From contig CM119270.1 in assembly GCA_051294375.1 (NCBI GenBank), forward strand, positions 16,861,904-16,925,903: a stretch of 64,000 nt of DNA, written 5' to 3'. Source of the DNA: Paraspadella gotoi (lineage: Eukaryota > Animalia > Chaetognatha). The notes under the pieces are model-generated. The model was not told the origin of the DNA. It worked only from the letters and a program-made list of their open reading frames with translations, and ran no database searches. A program made the position numbers and the translations under genes. Below, piece by piece: positions 14,002-26,100 of this stretch (position 1 is the stretch's first letter; each line of letters starts with the position of its first letter).

Positions 14002-15196
14002 GACCGTGCGGATTTCCCCCGGGAGACACCCAGCTTTTTTTTTTTTTTTTCGGATTTGTTAGGATTTTTGACATTCGGTCTCGCGATCGGCAGTTTTCTC
14101 TCTTACTACAGGGGAGTGTGATATCTCTAGGAGCCTGGTGTCCGTTTGCAAATTATACCCACGGGCCACCGGGCGGTCGCCAGCTGGTCGTGTAATTGAT
14201 TGTCAAAGGAAGTACATTGTATTGAAATTCTATTGTTTTTTGCGCTGAATTTTGAATAAAAAAAATAAGTTGTCGCTTTTCAAACGTCTCGACGTCCGAT
14301 CCCCAGCGAGAAACTTCCGATATAGAAAGAAAAACATCTACCTTTTGCTTACATCAGATCTATGACTGAGTCTCGTGAGAGACGGATACTTTCCACACAT
14401 AGAGGATCCTGAGTGATCCGTTATTCATTCTTTTGTCGACTATTCCCGTTCGCTTCGAACGTCGTCCGTCGTCGTCCTCTCGTCTCGTCCGTAGCGTCGC
14501 TTTTCTTCCGCGTTGATCAAAATAGAAGAGAATGTGAATTGTTGAGAAGATGACATGCTAGAGAGTTAATCTCTTCCTTTTCTTGCTCTGTTCTTCTCTT
14601 TTTTTCTCGACTGCGGGTATTTTTACTCGTCTAATCCTTGCATCCCTTCTATTCTGGCCCGTCAATATGAAGAAGATAAAAGAAGAATTAGATCATACAT
14701 CTACATGTACAACAAAATATGCAAAGTGTGATAACAACAACAACATAAAAGTAGCAGAGATAACCAACAACAACTAACAGTGACAAAAGCAACAAAAGAA
14801 TAACAATAACCGACGGTATCAACATAAGTTCTGATGTCTGACAAGTCGAGGGTACATTCTAAAAATGACAGGGAAAATATTAAGTCCGTATATTCGCGAC
14901 TCCTTATCCGTAATCAGTCGGGCGAAATTCTGTCCCTCACCCTCGTCATTCCTTGTCACTTCCTTTGTCTACTCCCCCTCGTCACTCCCGCCCCGCCCCC
15001 GTCCGTCACTACCACGTTACGATCAATTTTTAACCATTCCCATTTTCTTCCTTTTACGAGGTTGCGTCGCCACATCTTTGATGCAACTTCACCTCGATCG
15101 GATCTCACCTTTTTGTTGCTTGGTGTGTCATTGCCGGCTCTCAAAACAATGTTGCCTCCCTGCCCTGGGTCTGCCTCGTCATTCTCTCCCTCTGCT

Positions 15197-15273
<77 letters not shown>

Positions 15274-17520
15274 TGCTCTAATACTAACCTCTCTCTCTTT
15301 TCTCAGGTGCTACCATACAATAAACTATATAAAAATGTAAAACTAAAGTAAAAAAAGTTATAACGAATCTCTTCCAAACATTTTAAAACATTCCTTAAAA
15401 AAAAATGACGTCAAACGAGATTTCGGGGAAAAATAAGTAAATTATAAAAACGAAGAGGAGGAAGAGGAGGAAGAGGAAGAGGATTAAAAAGAAAAGAAGA
15501 TTGCGAGGAGGAGGAAGAGGAGGAGGAGGAGGAGGAAGAAGACCCCGGGATGAGCCCCTGGGAGATCATCGCAGTTGGGGTTGGGAAAAAATCTGGATTC
15601 CCGAGAACTCACCTTTTTTTTTCCGAAACGCCAACGCTAATTAAGGAACACACTTTTTTTCTCTTTTTACTGTGGGAATTCTTTTTTTTTTTTTAAGGAA
15701 GAGTCAGAAATGTCGACATTTGTTATTTTCAGCTAATGATTCATGAATCTTTGGGTAGAGGATTGAACGAACGAATGAACTATGAATGATTGATTAATGA
15801 ATGATTTTTTTCTGTTTCGTTTATTTGAAATGGAAAGTAGTTTTTAGTCTCTTTTGGCTTTTTTTTTAAATCAGTATATTTTTTTAATGTTAATATCGCG
15901 ATATGACACTTTAAACAATTAGCCATTGCACAGTATAATTAAATCCACATGTACGTAAACCCGCGTGGCTCAGAATCGAATCCGTTACGCAAAATCGCAA
16001 GATCGCAAGATCGTAAGAATCCCCGGGACATCAGAAGGCGTTTCGCTATTGTTCTCCTCGTCGTAAGGCCAGAAAATTGTACCCTCTCATTCTCTCTCTC
16101 TCTCTCTCTCTGTCTTTCGTCGTAACGCGATAATTGTAGCGTCTCTGTCTCCGTCGCGCTTTTTTCACCGCCTCTCCCCACTCGATCCGCGCCAATCCCT
16201 TCATTGCCTCCGATCGCCAAAAAAAAAGATAATTTGCTTTTGCGATCGAAAAAAAAATAATCAATTGTGCGTCGCGTCGGACGGAAAATAAATCTCGCGA
16301 CGCCGAAGGTGACGTCACGCGCGTCACGGACTTCGTGACGGGGCGCCCGTCGTAACGGGATTCTCGCGCCGGCGAAACGATTCTAGGGAAATTGTAATTT
16401 AAGGAGAATAATAGTGAGTTGTTGTTGGATGCGTCCTACTAAATAAAAAAATGACAAATATATTGATGATAATATTAATAATAATAATTATTAATGAATA
16501 ATGAAGAGAATTATAATTAATAGAAACTACATTGGTTTTAATTCTGATATCAAATTTAATCAAATATTTTAGCGTTGTGAAATCTGGAAATTTATAAAGA
16601 AAAGTAAAAAAAAACTTAAAAGAGTTTTAAATTAAACCATTTGAAGACTTATTAATATCATTACCTTAAAGACTAAAAAAACTATTTCTAGGGAGATGTT
16701 ATATTTACAAGAAGTAATATTTCTTGCAAATAAGGTAAGATCCTCGACAAAATTTGTCGCCACCCGAAGTTAATCGCAAAAAGAATGAAGCGCAACAAAG
16801 CAGACGCGTGGCCTATTCAACAACAAATATACTATTATGAAAAACAAGTTTTCCGTCATATCGGATCAGTGATATTTATTACTGTTTTAAGGTAACATTA
16901 TAAGGCGTTTTATATTTCTCGTGTTTTTAAATGAAACTATCATGTTTTAAAACTGAGGTGAGAGGCAAAAAAGACTTACCAATTTTACCCGTTTTCTCTT
17001 AACCGAACTTTGACGTCTCATAGTCTTGATCCTGACCGACAGGGGCGAGAGAAAAAAGGTAAGGCAAATTAGGTCGCTTAAATACTAGTTTTTTTTAGAA
17101 CTTATGCTGATCGTCGTTGTCGTCATCGATGCTCCTCTTCCTCTTCCTCTTCCTCTTCCTCGTCGTCGTCGTCGTCGTCATCGTTGACGCCATCTCCTGG
17201 GCGTCCCGTCTCCGACACTTAAGATTTCGATCCAGAGAAACTTTGACAAGAATTGTCACGATTGCTCAATATTACAATAAGAATCTTGTAGTCATACCAG
17301 TTGATTAAAAAGTGTCGATAGAAGCCGTAAAAAAAATCTTTAAAAGCTTTTACTTTCTAGTAATTGATGATATTAGGATCCTATAGCAAATTTATTTTTA
17401 CGTTTTAGCTCGAGTCAATATTTTATTAAAATATATATTGTAATATAAAATTGTAAATTAAGATGCATATTTATTTTTGTACTAGAATCAATTTTTTTTG
17501 GCAACTTTTTTCGCCAATAC

Positions 17521-17639
17521 TCCGAGAGACTCCGCCACGCGGGAGACGCCACGATAACGCGGCGCGTCGTCCCGACGGGTGGCGTAGCGCCAACGAGCGG
17601 CGTCACCACAGCAGGTGGCGCTAAGCCAACGTCTTTCGC
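17521..17639 (-). CDS. Putative GC-rich internal exon of an unidentified gene
   Basis: Strong poly-T+CTAG acceptor and a GT donor on the minus strand. Two frames are open, so the product is not assignable. Confidence 0.35.
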
Positions 17640-18564
17640 CTAGAAAAAAAAAAGAAATTCCAGGGCGAAAAAAGAAAAAAAAGATGATCGTTGCGGAAAC
17701 ANNNNNNNNNNNNNNNNNNNNNNNNNNNNNNNNNNNNNNNNNNNNNNNNNNNNNNNNNNNNNNNNNNNNNNNNNNNNNNNNNNNNNNNNNNNNNNNNNNN
17801 NNNNNNNNNNNNNNNNNNNNNNNNNNNNNNNNNNNNNNNNNNNNNNNNNNNNNNNNNNNNNNNNNNNNNNNNNNNNNNNNNNNNNNNNNNNNNNNNNNNN
17901 NNNNNNNNNNNNNNNNNNNNNNNNNNNNNNNNNNNNNNNNNNNNNNNNNNNNNNNNNNNNNNNNNNNNNNNNNNNNNNNNNNNNNNNNNNNNNNNNNNNN
18001 NNNNNNNNNNNNNNNNNNNNNNNNNNNNNNNNNNNNNNNNNNNNNNNNNNNNNNNNNNNNNNNNNNNNNNNNNNNNNNNNNNNNNNNNNNNNNNNNNNNN
18101 NNNNNNNNNNNNNNNNNNNNNNNNNNNNNNNNNNNNNNGGGGGCGGGGCGGGAGTGACAAGGGGGAGTGACAAGGAGTGACAGGAATGACGAGGGTGAGG
18201 GACAGAATTCCGACTGATGTACGGATAAGAGTCGGATATACGGACTTAATTTTTCCTGTCATTTTTAGAATGTACCCTCGACTTGTCACCGAACTTATGT
18301 TGATCCGTCGGTTATTGTTATTTTTTGTTGCTTTTGTCACTGTTGTTGTTGTTGTTATCTTTGCTCTTTTTGTTGTTGTTGTTATCTTTGCTATTTTTGT
18401 TGTTGTTGTTGTTTCTTTATCTTCTTTGACGGCGGAAGAAGGGATCAAGGATTAGAGAGTAAATCCCGAGTCGAAAAAAAAGAGAAGAAAGAGAAGAAAA
18501 GGAAGGATTAACTCTTAGCTTCTCTTCTTCACTTCTCTTCTCTTCTTTTTTCAACGCGGAAGAA

Positions 18565-18600
<36 letters not shown>

Positions 18601-18791
18601 TTCGAACGGAATATGTCAAAGATGAATAACTCACTCAGGATCTCGAATGAGAAGTGAGTTTTTCTTTCTATTTCGAAGTTTCTCGCTGGGGAATCGACGT
18701 CGACGACTTTGAAAAGCGACAACTTATTTTTTTTCTTCAAAATTCAGCGAAACAATAGATTCAATACAATGTATTCCCTTTGACAATCAAT

Positions 18792-19290
18792 TTACACGAC
18801 CGCGGCGACCGCCCGGTGGCCCGTGTAAATGCAACGGACCAGGCTCCTAGAGATATCACCCTGTAGTAGAGAGAAACCTGCCGATCGCGACCGAATAGTC
18901 AAAAATCCTAACAAATCCGAAAAAAACAAGCTGGTGTCTCCCGGGGGAAATCGCACTCGCGGCGAGTCGCTCTCGCGGCGAGTCGCACTCGCGGCGAGTC
19001 GCTCTCGCGGCGAGTCGCTCTCGCGGCGAGTCGCTCTCTCGGCGAGTCGCTCTCTAGGAATTTCCTTGGTTTCGATTATGTGTGGCGGATTCCCCGGGCG
19101 ATCCGAGATCCAAAGATCGAAAATTTCCCATCGAAGATCGAGAGATGACGTCAGGAGACGTCTTTTGTTTTTTTTTCTATCTTCGGCGCCGCGGATCGAG
19201 AGGGCGTGACGATCGACGATCGACGATAGACGACCGACCATCGACGATCGACGGGATCTCGGGGATTGCTTTTCGATCGTCACTGGCGAC
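18792..19290 (-). CDS. Possible 3' exons of an unidentified gene with weak WD40-like motifs
   Basis: Exon-like pieces VASDDRKAI, LLTSSLDLRWEIFDL and a last exon CAG|GDISRSLVRCIYTGHRAVAAVV*. Motif resemblance only. Confidence 0.2.
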
Positions 19291-21101
19291 TTCTAACTTT
19301 AGTCTCTAACATGACATAGACTATGTCATAGTCATATGTCATGTGTCATATGTCATAGTATTTAAGGCCGGAGATCAGGACTAACGTTTTTCGGCATCTG
19401 TTAATTTCATTGACAAACTTTTTTTTTAATCTTTATGATCTTCGTTTAGCCTGTCAAATGTTTATCTTTAAATCTAGTATTGATATTTTTTTTACTTTTC
19501 TGTCACTCTTTGTATTTATTTCCCTTTTCTCGCATCCTTCCTTCCTTTCTTTTCTCTTTTCTTTCCTTTCTTCCTCTATCTCCTTTCTCTCCTCTTCGTC
19601 ATCAAACTTTTTTCCCATCTTTCTCCTCCTCCTCCTCCTCCTCCTCCTCNNNNNNNNNNNNNNNNNNNNNNNNNNNNNNNNNNNNNNNNNNNNNNNNNNN
19701 NNNNNNNNNNNNNNNNNNNNNNNNNNNNNNNNNNNNNNNNNNNNNNNNNNNNNNNNNNNNNNNNNNNNNNNNNNNNNNNNNNNNNNNNNNNNNNNNNNNN
19801 NNNNNNNNNNNNNNNNNNNNNNNNNNNACCTGCCCTCTTCTACCTCCCCATACTCCCTGTCCTTCACTCATCTAACTCCTCTCCCACTCATCAGAAATGA
19901 TTTCCACGTTTTGATCTCGTCTCTCATTTGCAATCGTCGTCGTTTTTGTCAAAAGTTGTTGTTGTGGTTTTCGGTGTTTTTTATATCATTGATGTTGTTT
20001 TCGTCTTTGACGTCGGCGGCGGCGATNNNNNNNNNNNNNNNNNNNNNNNNNNNNNNNNNNNNNNNNNNNNNNNNNNNNNNNNNNNNNNNNNNNNNNNNNN
20101 NNNNNNNNNNNNNNNNNNNNNNNNNNNNNNNNNNNNNNNNNNNNNNNNNNNNNNNNNNNNNNNNNNNNNNNNNNNNNNNNNNNNNNNNNNNNNNNNNNNN
20201 NNNNNNNNNNNNNNNNNNNNNNNNNNNNNNNNNNNNNNNNNNNNNNNNNNNNNNNNNNNNNNNNNNNNNNNNNNNNNNNNNNNNNNNNNNNNNNNNNNNN
20301 NNNNNNNNNNNNNNNNNNNNNNNNNNNNNNNNNNNNNNNNNNNNNNNNNNNNNNNNNNNNNNNNNNNNNNNNNNNNNNNNNNNNNNNNNNNNNNNNNNNN
20401 NNNNNNNNNNNNNNNNNNNNNNNNNNNNNNNNNNNNNNNNNNNNNNNNNNNNNNNNNNNNNNNNNNNNNNNNNNNNNNNNNNNNNNNNNNNNNNNNNNNN
20501 NNNNNNNNNNNNNNNNNNNNNNNNNNNNNNNNNNNNNNNNNNNNNNNNNNNNNNNNNNNNNNNNNNNNNNNNNNNNNNNNNNNNNNNNNNNNNNNNNNNN
20601 NNNNNNNNNNNNNNNNNNNNNNNNNNNNNNNNNNNNNNNNNNNNNNNNNNNNNNNNNNNNNNNNNNNNNNNNNNNNNNNNNNNNNNNNNNNNNNNNNNNN
20701 NNNNNNNNNNNNNNNNNNNNNNNNNNNNNNNNNNNNNNNNNNNNNNNNNNNNNNNNNNNNNNNNNNNNNNNNNNNNNNNNNNNNNNNNNNNNNNNNNNNN
20801 NNNNNNNNNNNNNNNNNNNNNNNNNNNNNNNNNNNNNNNNNNNNNNNNNNNNNNNNNNNNNNNNNNNNNNNNNNNNTTTTTACTGTCTTTACAAAAATTA
20901 CTATTATCTTTATAGTATCTTTATAATGAACATAAGTTGGGAACTAACAAAGGCGACTTTTTTCGCCAAGGAATTCGAAGAAGGAAATGATGCGCTCTCG
21001 TTGTCGTTGTCGTTGTCGTTGTTGTTGTTCTCTGTCAACGCGTCCGTCATTAAAAGGTTGAAGAATGAAGAGTCAATGGGATGAACCCATCGCGGATGTC
21101 G

Positions 21102-21133
<32 letters not shown>

Positions 21134-23173
21134 TCAAAAATTAACGAACCCAAACAAAACAAGAATTAAACTCTGACTTCGAGAGTGGAGAGTTTCATTT
21201 ATGAATTAAATTGACATTTAGGTAAGATCTGAAATAAATAAAAACTAATGTTGAATACAATCAATGTGCTTTACCCGTACGAGATTAAAAAAAACATTTT
21301 TAGATACGTAATTTACGTACATATGTACTATTGTATATCTTAGAAAATACTTTGGCCGTACTTTGTTTTCCTAAGTCAGGCGATAACGAAGAACTGCTTT
21401 ATTAAACATGTTGCGCACTCTAACGAAAAATCTTATCGTCAAGCAAAAACAAAATGACAATAACTGCTTCGCGTCTATGTAAAATCAACACATCAGGAAA
21501 AAGACAATTTATAAATTATTAACTGTGACTCAAGAGTCAAAGCTTAATATTTGATTCCATGTTTTAATACGACTACACGAATTGTTAATTAAAATTTTAT
21601 TATTTCTAATTTACACTCTGTAATGCTAGTTTTTAATTTCCAATTAACATTTTTTTACAACGTTTTTATAAAATAATCCAGACGCTCTGATATTAATTTA
21701 ATGTATATAAATTATATTCTAATATTAGTATATTATAATTATAGTTCGCTTACATTTACATTTAAATTTTAAGATAGGTTATGTTTGAGGACGACGACAA
21801 TAACGACGACGAACCCTCGCGTCCCTCTATCGGGCGACCGTGAGAAACAAAAAGCCTCTTCCTCCTCTCATGGCGTCTCGTTCGTCCGTATCTCATTCTC
21901 GACTATCTCAGTCCTTCCTTTCATTCTATCGTGCCGCATTTTCACAATTTTTCTAACAAAAAAAACAGTATCTCGAACGTTACAGTCCTCGACGGTTAGC
22001 AAGTAAATTGGTGGCTCGATTTTAAAAAAAAATTAAAAAATCAGTCGTGGTGGACAAAAGGCAAATCGAGAGCGGGTGATCGAATTACAACAGAGAAAAT
22101 AACAGTACGATTACAAATTTGCTATCGATAATTAACCCGACGATTTTCATCTTCGGACGGCGAGGCGATAAGTCGATGACCTCCCGCTCGTCTCGGGTCT
22201 CCAATTTTTTTTGGGCAAAGAGTCAATCCCGACTTTTCTCTCGTTGACCGATCGAAAAATCTCGCAGAAACAAAGATGTCCGAACAGAGAAACTATTTTT
22301 AGTCCAGGGGAAAAAAAGATGACGACGAGAACGACGATGACGAAGACGACAAGGCATCGACCCCGCTTGTGTTGCGATGCTGTAACGACGCTGCACAATG
22401 CTGCAGTCTCGATGGCTAATGCTGTAATGCTGCATCGTCTTTCTCGGGAAATCGTGTCGAGAATTTCTTTCGAGCCTTTCAACGTTTGTTTACATTAGTT
22501 AAAGCTCGGATAAAATCGATCAAAAGAAAATAGAGGAGGTTTTTTTTAATATCTTTTTTTTATTTTTTACTGAAAAGAGAGGAAAACCCCAAATTATTAT
22601 AATTATTTTCACGCAATATCTTTTCAATTCTTTTTTTTTCCTCACAGAGATGAATTTATTAATTGTTCGAGTCGTTTTTCATCTTTAACTTCGTCGTGTC
22701 TTCGTTATGTTAATTAAATATTATCACTCTCGTTACGTCCAATATTAAAATTTGAACGTAATAAACGTTGGACGCGTTAAACGAATCTCGTTCTATAAAC
22801 TGATAGACTGAATTCAATACTTGATTCAAATGTGCAAAAAGAATGTTTGTTTTATAAATTTTTATGACCGATATATATATATATGAAAGTCAAATTAACA
22901 TCACCGAAATCTATGCAAAAACAAAACTAAATTCGTCTCATTATCTCGACCATATTTCCCCACTTTGCCCAGTTGCGCCCAGAGACCTTTTCTTACTTAC
23001 CCTAGTTTTCTTATCCCCCCACGCCCATAGTCCTTTCTTGCCTTCGCTCTTAGCCTGTCCCTTACTCTCGCCCTTACCCTAAACTAAAAACGCAAAATGC
23101 GGCGTGAAGTGAAACCGACGAAACTTTTTTGTTTCCGCTTCCAAAAATAGAATCTCGCTTTTCTCCAAAAAGG

Positions 23174-26100
23174 ATGACTGAAGTCGAATGCAAAGTGGAA
23201 AAGGTGAAAACCTACTTTTCTTTCTTTCTTTTTTCCTTTTTTATTATTTTGTTTATTTTTAAATTGTTGTTTGTTTAATTACAGACGCAGGATGAACCAG
23301 AACTGCCGACTTCGATGCAGGTTCGTTTTTGAGTACTGACGAGTATTAACAATGTAATTACAATTCAAACAAAATGCAAAAAATATACACACCCATTATC
23401 ATTTTTAAATATTAGGCCTTCATCAAAGAGGAGCCGATCGGGGAACTGGATCAAAAACCGGTGCCCGCTGAACAACAACAACAACAACAACAATCACAAC
23501 CCCCGCCGCAACAACAACAACAAAAATCAGAACAACATAAGATATCCTTCATCAATGGCCAGTCGAATACAGTTTCGAGGTACAACAACAACAACAATTA
23601 CACGATTTTTTTTTTGTCGGATTGATTTTTTTTGTGCTTATAAATCTTTATGGCCTCTCGGTCCCCTCAGCCTTTATATGGCCTCTAACTTCCTTGAGCC
23701 AGAAATACTGAACAAAAAATTATCTACGCAGCCTCGATTTTTAAATATATAACATTAGTCTATAAACGAAGTGTTAATTTCTATTTTCCCTTTTTGTTCC
23801 CAAGTTCTCCCGGTTTCATCAAAAGCGACCTCATCGGTGACGAACAGAATCAAACTCAACTCGTTTCTCCGCAAAGTAAGAAAATATATTTATTTGTATT
23901 TATTTTTATTTATTTTTATTTATTTTTATTTATTTACCCGTTTTCGAAATCAATTATTTCTAGAAGCTACGCAGGATATTTACACTTGCAGTCCCAAAAG
24001 GTTTGTGATTAAATTCTTAGTAAAATATCTTCTTTATCTCATCCCTCCGTCTCTCTTCGTCTCTCTTGCGTCTCTTGATCCGCCGGCCAGTCCCCATGAG
24101 GAGTAGCCCTCTCTTGTTCGGCACCTTTCTCTCTCTCTCTTCTCTTCTACAGATGTGCCTTGGATAACAAGGCATCATCTATCAACGTTCAGGTAATATT
24201 TTCCCCCAATTGTGACAGAATAGAGATCATGAATATTATCAGCGATAAATGATAGATCGTCACTGATAACATTTCCCATTTTGGCGAACCAAATCAGGCG
24301 ATTAACTCCACCGAGGCTTCGAACTCACCCTCCACCATCCCCTGCACCTCCTCCACCTCCTTGACTGCATCCTCCCCGATCGCATCTTCCGTCACGGGTT
24401 CTTCGTTCGCACGAAATGCGGTCAGCGCCGTCTCCGTCGCCTCTTCGTCCTTCGCGACGAACTCGGCGACGACCAACTCCTCAACGGCGAACTCTCTTCC
24501 GGCGAACTCCTTCGCGCCGAATTCTCTCACGGCGAACAACTTTGCGGCGAACTCTTTCGCGACGAACTCGTTCGCCGAGAGTTCGCCCAATTCGCCGTAC
24601 AAACAGAAGAAACCACCGGACGATAGTGAGTTTGAAAGATTGGCGGAGATGGATTATTATTTTAAATTTAATTTAATTTAGATTAGAATAGATGTTGCGG
24701 ATCCGACTGACGATAGTAAGTTGAGATTTGCGAGTGGAATAATCGAAAAATATTTCCGGTTGATTAGATTAGATTAGTCTACTTGACTAGATTAAACTGA
24801 ATTCGATGTGGTAAGTTCAGGTCTGATTATATCATATTGTATTTGAAAACCATCGAGTCATAAGTCTTGAATAATCTTATCTTAAAACATTCTCATAAAT
24901 TCCGAAAATTGCGTCAAAGTCCAGAAACGTAATGATTAACCGGGACTTGTCATCAGGTTTGACGAAGAAGACGTCGCCAGCGAAACGACGTCCGGTCGAC
25001 CGATTTAACGGGACGCCCGTTGAGGAGATTCTCCAGGTGAGTGGCAAAATTGTGTGGCAAGGCGTGTGGCAACCTGTTTGACAATTCCTAGAGTTGATAA
25101 CATAAATTTGTTTTTAGAAATTAATTTCGTTCTTATATTATTTAGATAATTCGTGAAAGCAAATTTAAATTTGTCCGACAGTCAGAAATCGCTACCTGTC
25201 GCTAAATTCCAACCAATCAACGATCTATTCCCATTCCCAGCGCTCGCTTCCCGATTACCTGGAGCCGGGTCTCGACATCGTCTTCATCGGGATCAACCCC
25301 GGACTCATCGCCGCCTACAAGCAGCACTACTACGCCGGACCGGGGAACCACTTCTGGAAATGCCTCTTCCTTTCGGGTAAGTGAAAAGGGGGTAGGTGAG
25401 GTTTGATGTCGTTTTAAACTCAATCACTGAATCACCAAATCTTCTCGCTCAACTTTGAAACGAACATCCATCATCTCCCTTTCGACAAACATTCATCTAA
25501 AAAAACAACACAAAAACAAACACGAAAACAAAAACTAAAACAATAACGAAAACAACAACGAAAAGGTTTGATCGAAGAAGCGTTCAAACCTGAAGACGAT
25601 CACAAACTCCCTTCCTTGGGAATCGGATTTTCCGACATCGTGAAGCGATGCACCGCGAGTCTCTCCGATTTGTCGCGGGCTGAGATTAAAGCAGGTCGGA
25701 ACTCTCAAGAATCAGGACTGCCGACGCCATTTTGTTTTTTTTTGGCGCTGCGTCAAACGACCGTTCCTTTTACTTGGTCGTCGCGCCAACTCCTTATTCA
25801 CTACTTTCGTGTCTCAACACCAGAGATTAAACGTGAGTCGATTGAATGGCCGCATGCCCCCCTGTTGATATATGTGATTTTCATATATCAACTAGAATAA
25901 AAACATTCCGTTTCGGGCGAGGGGGATCAGGAGTTCCGTGGTTTTCACGCTCTTTTTTTCTGTCAACCATGTTAATTCCCGCCAGAAGACCGAATTAAAT
26001 ATTAAATAATGGTTAGATTTCGAAAGCGGGGCGTCGTTGGAACCCCGTGTCGGTGGAGACCACTCGAAAAATTCGGTTTCATTCATTGATCATGGTACGA

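Larger units (their letters stand above)
13068..19932. repeat. Inverted duplication: ~13068-15000 is the reverse complement of ~18139-19932
   Basis: E.g. 'tgcaaatgagagacgagatcaaaacgtggaaatc' (13069) vs 'gatttccacgttttgatctcgtctctcatttgca' (~19899). Both arms abut N gaps and differ by many indels. Confidence 0.9.

Noticed and set aside
16308-16341. TGACGTCA (CRE) palindrome and CGTCACG hairpin as a regulatory site
   Set aside because: GACG/CGTC words are very common in this sequence and no linked gene start could be established.
13068-19932. Large inverted repeat as a transposon or palindrome
   Set aside because: The arms contain exon-like unique sequence, abut gaps and show read-noise indels. 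A mis-oriented haplotig is more likely.
22-22500. Long ORFs in the supplied track (poly-SL, poly-RE, poly-X)
   Set aside because: They are translations of microsatellites or N runs.
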